64,000 nt of DNA from Tetramitus jugosus (Eukaryota > Protista > Heterolobosea), in the NCBI GenBank assembly GCA_937625935.1, contig OW569381.1, positions 62,001 through 126,000 on the forward strand, written 5' to 3'. Below, in pieces: positions 53,925-62,394 of the stretch. The notes beneath the pieces are model-generated. The model searched no databases, had not been told where the DNA came from, and saw only the letters and a program-made list of their open reading frames with translations. Position 1 is the first letter of the stretch. Each line of letters starts with the position of its first letter. Made by a program: the position numbers and the translations under genes.

Positions 53925-55350
53925 TTCAAAAAAACATGGGCACAAATGCAAACACTCCATCCTCTCTGGGGGCAAAGGAGTACTCGCGTGACGGGTATGG
54001 ACAGTACAGAACATTGGAAGTAGCATCAACAAAAAAGAAGTCGTGATCAAGGGTACACAGTTCTGTGATGATTGGCTCAAGGTACAAGGAGTGGGTGACT
54101 CGTGCACATGTCAGAAGATGGGAGAAAGGCCAGTTTATTGCGCGGGTAAACGTGAAGGACGATAAACTCTACGAGTTTGCTGAGATGTTCAATGAGTCAA
54201 GAAGAATCGCAAACGCTCATGCATCAAGAGAGGTCTTGACTCAGAGAAAAAACTTGTGGTTCACAAGGTCCTCGGCAGTTCAAAGGACGACATCGTTAAA
54301 CTCATTGGAGAGGATAGAGTGCATCATGTAGAAGTTAAGGGCAGCACTGCATTTGTCACGATGACATCTCAATCATATACACATACTGTCATTGAAAACA
54401 AGCAGATTCAAAGAGAAGAAGGTGAAATATCTGGTGAGTCAGTCTTAATTGCTGCCAAGTGTTGATTGAAGATGACATTTTAATGCTAGGAGATGAAACA
54501 ATCTCTGAACAAAAGGCTCAGACGCTGGAGAACAAACTACAAGTGGTTCGGCTGACAGATATGATTGATATTGTTCAGGCCAGTAAGGAAGTGGCGCGTG
54601 TAGTGACAAGCCATGTGATACACAGCAATGAGGTGTCTCAACCCCAGTCGGACCACACATCTCAATTATGTTGAAGGGTGATGTAACTGCTGTGTAAAAT
54701 CATCACATCCGCTATCATCAAACACGCTAAAGTGTTTGAAGTGGAAAGAACAGCGAAGATGTGGAGCAACAATCGTAATGTCAAGAGGTTGTTGATAAAC
54801 ACAGTGGGTAATTTGGCTGCCGAGTACTTTGAAGGTGCCTTCTCCACTATGTTGATAATCTAAGAGCTTTAAAAAGTGATGGGTACAGAGCAACAATACA
54901 CAAAGCGTTCACCCCAATCACTACCGAGGAAGTTAGCAAAGCCATTGGGTGGCTGAGAAACCGAAAATGTCCCGGTGTTGACAAAATACATAACGAAATG
55001 CTGAAAGTCCCCATCACAGAGATCCTTGCTGATTTCTTTAACAAAATCACCAGGCAAGGATGTTCCCCAAAATGTGGAAAGAGGGGATAATTATCACAGC
55101 GTTCAAGAAGGGAGATACTTCTAATCCTGCCAACTACAGACCAATTTGTCTGTTGAGTACTGTATCAAAGCTGTACACCAAGTTAATCAACGGCAGAATC
55201 TCCAAGGCTGCAGAGGGAACAAAAGACGATTGTTTCTGTTGCTGACAGATATATCAAAAGCCTTCGACTCGGTACCTCACAACGCTATCCGGTCTATCTA
55301 TGAGTTTTTCGAGCTCCCGGACAACATCGTGAGGCTGACTTCTGGACTAT
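53925..55350 (+). mobile_element. Element E4: heavily deleted autonomous-type LINE relic (ORF1 - APE - RT)
   Basis: ORF1 remnant 53936-~54430; APE-like DILMLGD and QSDH (~54470-54660); RT PITTEEVSKAI...KCPGVDKIHNEMLK, WKEGII...KKGD...NYRPICLL, DISKAFDSVPH (~54914-55350). Confidence 0.88.
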
Positions 55351-55354
55351 ATTG

Positions 55355-56152
55355 GAGTAGAGCAATAATACCACTGTGCTTTCTCCTTATGCCCGAATGT
55401 TGTACCACATTACTGCGATACTCATTCAAAGTCACTGTCGCTCACGTGTTCAATAATCACTGCTGGTACAGTCTTGTGAACATGAACTGTGCCCTTTGGT
55501 GTAGCGGATTCATGAACTTTGTTGGGTTCCTCTTCTCTCTCATTTTCTTCGGTATCCCTCTTCTTACCTCGCCTTTCAGGAGTCTTCAAATTGGGGAACA
55601 TCTTAGTGATTGCTGTCTCACGATTCTTGAATCCCCTCAATCTATAAGAAGCTCGGACCTCGGTTTCTCCAATGTCTTCACTTTGTTGAACTGATGGTTC
55701 ACTCTGGCGCACTGGTAGTTCATTTCGAGTAGCTGAGCTCTTTGTCAACCCTCTGAACAGTCCATGCAACTTAGAGACTTCTCTCTTAAGTGCATGGATG
55801 TCCTTCATACACATTCTGTACTTGTTAGTCATGTCGTTGAGTTGCTGCTGAAGTGATGCCGTAGAGTGTTTCATCTGTAGCGCTCTATCAGGCTCTGGGT
55901 GAACAAATGGTCTCACTCTTGTGTTCTCCAAGGGCTGCTTCTCCGTCATCACCTTTGTTGAATTCATGGATGAATTCCCACTCCTTGCCCTCCTACCCAG
56001 GCTATATCTCCAATTCTGTAGACTTGCGTCTTTGAATCAACTACCTTCAAGAGTGCCATTGGTCTTTGCGGCTGCTTCTTTAGACTGATAAGCGATCACG
56101 CTGAATAGTGGTTGCGACGTATCACCATCGCCTGTACGGCCCTTGAGTGTTT
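55355..56152 (-). mobile_element. Element E5: divergent ORF1 remnant followed by the start of ORF2 (APE)
   Basis: TQVYRIGDIAWV / EFIHEFNK, coiled coil LNDMTNKYRMCMKDIHALKREVSKL, VIIEHVSDSD; ORF1 stop overlaps an ATG at 55425 giving MSIAVMWYNIR. Confidence 0.6.
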
Positions 56153-56170
56153 GACATCGTTTTTAGTTTT

Positions 56171-56927
56171 TTTTATTTTTTTTTTTTAATACAACCATTG
56201 CGGTTGCTCACTTTATTATCAATACATTTTCATCAGCCATCGCTCATTGAGCGATGGCTCTTGGTCTTCTGATTAATTCCCAATGACGCTCGCAGACGCT
56301 TTTCCATCTTGCCGTCCTTCAGTCTCACATTATCGAACCATATGTCGATACAGCTGTTGGCTGACACGCCCATTCTGATCAGCTCCTTACTGACTGTCAA
56401 GGCTAGACATCTTCTTGCATACACAGTCCTTGGACATCGAATGAGACAGTGCAACACACTTTCGGGCTCTTTGTTGCACCAGACACACTTTGTGGGCTCA
56501 TCACAAGTGTTGTACAGACATCGAACAACATCCTCCGTATGTAGAGTCCCACTTCTGACCTGAAGCTGGAACCATTCCAGCCTTCTGTCAACAGAGTGTG
56601 GGTACTTGAGAAAGCAGAAGTCTGCTCCACTGTAGTTGGCATCCTTTTGAATCCACCAACGCTCACTCTTCTCTACTCGTGCATTCCTCTCCTGATCGAA
56701 TAAGGATTGAAGATGTTCCCTACTCTCGACTCGGAGGTTACCCTTGTACAGAGCCGGTTCATCTTTAGTGGAGTTTTGGTTTATGGGACACTGACATGTC
56801 CTCATCTGCGCAATCAAAATGTTCAGTATTTGGTGCGATTTTGCACCTATCTTACATGTTGGGAATAGTTGCTTGAATTCTTTGAAACACAGAGGCTGTT
56901 CCTCCACAAGCAGTTGATTGCGGCTTA
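56171..56927 (-). mobile_element. Element E6: 5'-truncated LINE (ORF2 C-terminal zinc finger + 3' UTR + poly(A)) with 18-bp TSD
   Basis: CVWC...ESVLHCLIRC zf-RVT-like motif; AATAAA-GTGAGCAACC-GCAAT-GGTTGTATT-An; GACATCGTTTTTAGTTTT at 56153-56170 and 56928-56945. Confidence 0.9.
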
Positions 56928-56982
56928 GACATCGTTTTTAGTTTTGCTTTTTTTATTGAAGCGAACTCGGTTGACACATCCT

Positions 56983-57055
56983 CCTCTGATAGCTCAGATG
57001 GTAGAGCATGAGACTGTAGATCTTGTGGTCGCGTGTTCGAGTCACGCTCGGAGGA
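56983..57055 (+). tRNA. tRNA-Tyr(GTA), intronless
   Basis: CCTCTGA/TCGGAGG-A acceptor with C1-G72 and A73; anticodon loop CTGTAGA; GTTCGAGTC B-box; T4 runs downstream. Confidence 0.95.
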
Positions 57056-58318
57056 ACCTTTTGCTTTTGACCAAGGGGCAATTTGATGTTACCAAAAAGC
57101 CAATTCTACTCGCTCCACTTTCTTAAACATGGACAGAAGTCAATATGGCCTAGGACACTTCGTGGCTCCACTATATCACTAATCTCGAGAAAGAAAAAAC
57201 ACCAGTCAATTTGCTGAATTGTGATGCAATCTCTAATTTTTCGTTTCGCTTTTTCGGACTTGGCGGTATTCATACTCTTTATGAAGAGCGAGCCGGTGAA
57301 GGAGAGACGCTGCAAGACATATTTGCAAGAATATCACCTCAAGCACGTTCTGCCAACCCACATGGATCAAAACATCCCTCCTTTTAAAAGAAGAATTTCA
57401 ATCTCTGTGACTACTTTGAAATCAACCCCCGAACGAAGTGCAAGAAATGCTAGAGGACTCAAGTGAAAGTTGGGAATCGGTAATACATCACTACACCCAT
57501 TGAGTACCCCACACAAGACCACATTGGGCGAACACCATTAATGATGGTACATAGACCGAACCCTCCCTAATAGTTTATGCGTGGTTTGGTACAATCTACC
57601 TGTAAACATGATCTTTGTTATTAATTCGCTCTTGTTCTTACCCGAGTTTTCAGTGCGAAGTTCTTCTTGCACCTTGATGAACAATTCGGCTCCATCTATT
57701 GTCTAGTTCCATAATCACTCCATACACAGGATTCATATATCTCTACATTGATGTCTTGCAACTCCATTTTTTCTTTTCCAAGTTTACAAAACAAGTTTGA
57801 CGTACATCGAAGAGGTATCATTAACGGTATGTGTTGGTATTCTACTCGCGGTTCTGGCATTGATGGTGGTATCGGAGTCGACTCGACCTCTTTGTATCAC
57901 ACCATCTGATGTGACAGTCTCCATCTGAAGGAATATGGTCGTGATGTAGTCTGTAGAGCGACTATACAAAAAAGAAAGAGAAATTATCGAACGTCAAATA
58001 GACTATAAGAAAAACATCTTCCTTGATTAATGGTCTTGATATTCGGTCTCCTTTTATTTCGTGTTTTTAAGAGAAGGTTGAGTCAACATTGGAAAGTAAA
58101 ATGAGTGTGTATGTTGTTCAGAAAATGTGTGTCGAAGAATCCAGATATTTCGAAAAGTATTTATCACCTCAAATATAATAATATAATTGTCTATTGACCC
58201 TCAATTGACATGAATAGATTTAGGATCCCTCTCTCTCTCAAATGTTTTATGAATAGCTTCAATATTAGAACAAGTCTTGAATAAGTCCAGCGATGTCTTC
58301 GAAGTTGATCAAGACACT

Positions 58319-59778
58319 ATGTCACTTCATTCTTTTCTCGCACCCGTGAATAAACTCGAGAGTGAACTCAATGGAGAGAAACTTCATAAATATAGAGAAG
58401 ACTCTGGTCAAGCTTATCATGAAAATCTATGGAACTTTACTCCTTGCGTTGAAAATTTAGAATTAAGGAAAACTAATTCCACGCAACATCTTTTTGGTCT
58501 CTCCGCTCGAACAGACCAAAAAGAACTGTTTTTGCTCGAGAGCGACATTTCTTCACAACAAACAAAACCAAACAAACATCACCGATCGATCATGAAAGTA
58601 CAAAATTTAAGACATCACTTTACTCAACTAGGAAAGATCCACAAGTTACCCAACTCTGGAGGTCGCACAACAGGATGGGAGTACGAATGGGAAGAGTGCA
58701 GAAAGTCCGACTATGCACATAAAACTCCGGATTTTGCAACATCAATGAACAATATGCATCTGAACCGATACTCTGATATTTTAGCAAGTAGGTTGTTGTT
58801 TGATTTGTGTGCACATTATGCATAATTGTCCGCGATAGTTGTGATTGTATCCAAACTAACATTGATTTTTCCATTTTGGCGCCAAAATTTTTTTTGTATT
58901 TTACTGTGAAAGATGAACATTCACGCATCAAGCTCCTGGACTACAAGGAACCAAGAAACGACTACATCAATGCCAACTACATACCAAGCTCCATGTTTCC
59001 TCACACTCACACCAATTACATTGCCACTCAAGGACCCAAGGACTCTACCATCGCTGATTTTTGGTACATGATTTTGCAGCAAAATGCCGCTCTCATTGTC
59101 ATGCTGTGCAATGAACTAGAGTGTGGCAGGCCAAAATGTGCTCAATATTGGCCAAAGTTATCTGAGAGCTACCAATTTGAGAACAATCATGTGACTCTGG
59201 GTGGAAAGCTTACTGTGACGACCATCAAGGATGAATTCGTGCCAAACTGCAACGAAAAAATTATTCATCGTCAGATACAACTCTCTACGAGCTCTACCAA
59301 CTCTACCACGAGTGATGATGAGACAACAACAAGAACTACAATTGTGGATCAATTACAGTATGTAGAGTGGCCAGATCACGGCGTTCCTGATCAAACCAAG
59401 AACTTTAGGCTGTTGTGTGAACAGTGTGACGATTTGAGAACATTAAAAACAAAAGATGCACCTGTCGTGGTGCACTGTAGTGCTGGTATTGGAAGAACAG
59501 GCACATTTATGACAGTGTGCATCTTGACGGAACAAATGAGACATCATTTGGCTGTGAAGAATGGTAGTAGTGATGGAGCAGAGAATGGTGATGATGTGGA
59601 TCAACCATTTGTGTTTGAAATTAAGGAAACAGTGATGAAGCTCAAGAGCTTGCGAAGAGGCATGGTGCAGACCATGGGTCAATATCAGTATGCTTATGAG
59701 GCAATTCTGGAAGAGGCAGAGAGTTTAGGATTTAACTTTAGTACGATGCGAAAGAATCAATCGTGTTCACTCATGTAA
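58319..59778 (+). CDS. Classical protein tyrosine phosphatase; intron 58788-58912
   Basis: NRYSDILA|NEHSRI, DYINAN, YIATQGP, DFW.MI, WPDHGVP, VHCSAGIGRTG, MVQT..QY. Confidence 0.95.
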
Positions 59779-59825
59779 ATCTAGATTATTTGTTGTCAAC
59801 AGACAAGATGGTGTCGTTTATTTGC

Positions 59826-62375
59826 TTATTCGTAACGGAAATCCAGTTCGTTTTCTTCCTCAATGAAACAGTGCTCATTGTCGAGGAACAAATTGAGAAA
59901 TGCCTGTTCGTCTTGATGAATGACTTCAACGTTGTTGAGAAATGATAGAGTCGGAGTGACGGGCACAAGCTCATCCAGTTTCGACATGTATTCATTATGA
60001 TCTTTCACTTGTTGCTTGATTTGGATGGACAATTTCTTAATATCTTCAACATGAATCTTTGCCTCAATACCATCCATAATCAAGCAATAAGTCTTTAAAC
60101 ACGATAAGCATTCTGATAATTCCCTCTTGTTTCTTGATCGACTCTTGCACAATCGAGCAGATTGTTCAATATGGATGCGACATGTAAACCTGAAAATGGT
60201 CAAGATACGAGCTCCGGCCGTAATACCAATTCCAACGTTCCTGCTCATAAAAGAATTGACAATGTTTGCTGATTCGAGCTGTAATTGCCACACGCTATCA
60301 CACACTTCTTGGTCCTTGCATATCTCAGCTCTATAAGCAGCAATCTCCAGCGCAAAAATCTCGTATGAAAATGTGAAAAACTGCCAACCCTTGGCTAATC
60401 CAGTTCCATGATTTCTGCCTCTCATCTCGCGACACTCGCTCAAAAAATCATTCAATTGGTCTATGTCCGGTGGCCCCACATCTAACATATTTCTCTGCAC
60501 AATTTTCTTCATTTTCTTCAATCGCTTGATCGTGTCTTGCGTATGAGGCACGTGCTTGCACGTCCGTATCGACAATTTTATATATTTTCGCAATGATTTC
60601 TGATTGTATAATCGGCCATCGCGCGGCGCAAAATTCAACCACATGAACGACTTGAGTCCAGAATGAACAACATGCAATTGACTAACGAAATACTGTCTCT
60701 GTTCTTTGCCTCTCTCAGACTCATCCGAAAATGCTGTTTTGGCATGCATCTTCAAATACACCTTGACACAATTCATGAACAATCGTGCCTCACTCAATCC
60801 CTCATCCGTCACACCAAACGACAACAAAAACACAACTAATAGCTGTGATGCATACGCCAATTTCAAATGAGATGAAACGCGAGAAAAAACTCGTTCATCC
60901 AACAATGTTTCTCTTGCCTGAGAGAGCATAAATTTCGACACTTGAATCAAACACTGTTTTGGCAGTTTACAAAAGAGCCCAAACCACTGCTCAAAATCCT
61001 CGGTTGTATTCTCCGCTTTTTCTTCTTCTTCTCCACCATCGTCGTCGGAGTCTGTATTTTCTCCGAATCGTAAAATTTGTCGGATGTCTTGTAATTTTTG
61101 CGACATGATTTCAATGACTTGTTTTTGACGATTGGAGTCAAAGTAGGGCAATTGTTCGAGACTTGGCATATTGAACAGTGCCAATCCAGTGACTGAGAAC
61201 CACAATGCACGATTCGCCATTTGTTCTACCCACGCTTCATCATCTTTCTTGTCTTGTGCTTCTGCTTCTTCACTATTGTTCTTTTTTTGTTCCTTTAATC
61301 GAGTTGCAAAATGATGATTGAGCAATTTTGCAATGAGCATTTGTTCGAATTGTGAAGTTTCATCATCATCATCATCATTCTGACTATTACTACTATTACT
61401 ACTATTGTCACTATTGCTACTATTATCACTATTGTTATTACCGGTGTTGTGATTAGTAACAGATGGCAATTCTTCTTCTTCTTGTTGTTGTTGTTGTTGT
61501 TGTGGTTGTGGTGGTGGTGGTTGTTGTTTAGGTGGTGGATACATGTAAAAACAGGCATCAATCATGTGACGAATCATTTCACTCGTTGATTGTTCCTTTT
61601 CACTGTTCAACAATGTATTTTCAACATTTTCATTCCTTGTATTACCTATAGTTGCTGTTGTTTCTGTAGTTGCAGTTGTTGCTGCTGAAGTTGTTGTCAG
61701 AGTTGGTTGATGATATTGATGATTGATTTTGGCATGTTTCAATGGTCGGTCAAAAGTGTTGTTATCAGTGGGAGATGGTGGAACATGTAACGATGATGGT
61801 TGAGGAGCATTGTTGATCAACAATTCCGTAGTCGAACTTTGATTGTTATTTTCAGTGAAAGCATGCGGACGTTTTTTCGGTGTCGGATAATGACATTTAA
61901 TTCCCCGATCGAGACAGGAAGTGCAAGAAGGGAGTAACCGAGAGCATTTTTTGTGATCTTCTCTGCATTGTGCACATGATATAGTTGAAGTTTTCATTAC
62001 TTGTTGTTGTTGTTGTTCAAAAGCTGATGATGATGATGATGTAGAAGATGATACTGTCATGTTTCGATAAAATTGTTGAGTTTGTTGTTGCAAAAGCTCG
62101 AATTGTTGTCGAAGGAATTGTTGTTGAAGAAGGAGTTGTTGTTGTTGTTTGAGCAGTGCTTCTTGTTGTTGCTCCCAACTTTGTTCATGTGCTTGCATGG
62201 GATGATTGTTTTGTTGTTGTTCGTGTGGTTGAGTTGAAGGAGGTGGAACAGAATACATTGGAGGGAACATGTTGTTGTTGGTGAGGATATTCTTTTTGAT
62301 TGGTTTTTCAATGTAAGTTTGGCCACCAAGAACTTTTGAAGAATTGTTGCGCATGACAGGGTCAAATCGAATCAA
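59826..62375 (-). CDS. Zn(II)2Cys6 transcription factor
   Basis: CAQCREDHKKCSRLLPSCTSCLDRGIKC binuclear cluster; Q/N-rich tracts; start may be the downstream ATG (MFPPMY, 62270). Confidence 0.85.
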   Translation of the reverse strand: MIRFDPVMRNNSSKVLGGQTYIEKPIKKNILTNNNMFPPMYSVPPPSTQPHEQQQNNHPMQAHEQSWEQQQEALLKQQQQLLLQQQFLRQQFELLQQQTQQFYRNMTVSSSTSSSSSAFEQQQQQVMKTSTISCAQCREDHKKCSRLLPSCTSCLDRGIKCHYPTPKKRPHAFTENNNQSSTTELLINNAPQPSSLHVPPSPTDNNTFDRPLKHAKINHQYHQPTLTTTSAATTATTETTATIGNTRNENVENTLLNSEKEQSTSEMIRHMIDACFYMYPPPKQQPPPPQPQQQQQQQEEEELPSVTNHNTGNNNSDNSSNSDNSSNSSNSQNDDDDDETSQFEQMLIAKLLNHHFATRLKEQKKNNSEEAEAQDKKDDEAWVEQMANRALWFSVTGLALFNMPSLEQLPYFDSNRQKQVIEIMSQKLQDIRQILRFGENTDSDDDGGEEEEKAENTTEDFEQWFGLFCKLPKQCLIQVSKFMLSQARETLLDERVFSRVSSHLKLAYASQLLVVFLLSFGVTDEGLSEARLFMNCVKVYLKMHAKTAFSDESERGKEQRQYFVSQLHVVHSGLKSFMWLNFAPRDGRLYNQKSLRKYIKLSIRTCKHVPHTQDTIKRLKKMKKIVQRNMLDVGPPDIDQLNDFLSECREMRGRNHGTGLAKGWQFFTFSYEIFALEIAAYRAEICKDQEVCDSVWQLQLESANIVNSFMSRNVGIGITAGARILTIFRFTCRIHIEQSARLCKSRSRNKRELSECLSCLKTYCLIMDGIEAKIHVEDIKKLSIQIKQQVKDHNEYMSKLDELVPVTPTLSFLNNVEVIHQDEQAFLNLFLDNEHCFIEEENELDFRYE

Positions 62376-62394
62376 TTGTTTGGTTTACGCATTG

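Noticed and set aside
48627-54450. ORF1 copies as a tandem host RRM gene family
   Set aside because: Poly(A) tails, a flanking duplication, a 3' end shared with an ORF2-bearing copy and linkage to APE/RT in E4 indicate retroelements.
57060-58300. 1.2-kb gap downstream of tRNA-Tyr; possible downstream (TRE3-like) insertion or pseudogene
   Set aside because: Only short broken ORFs; no family 3' motif, TSD or RT similarity found by eye. Left unexplained.
61360-61530. Trinucleotide-like and short tandem repeats
   Set aside because: Ordinary low-complexity coding tracts (Q/P/N/S/D) in the Zn2Cys6 factor, common across this window.
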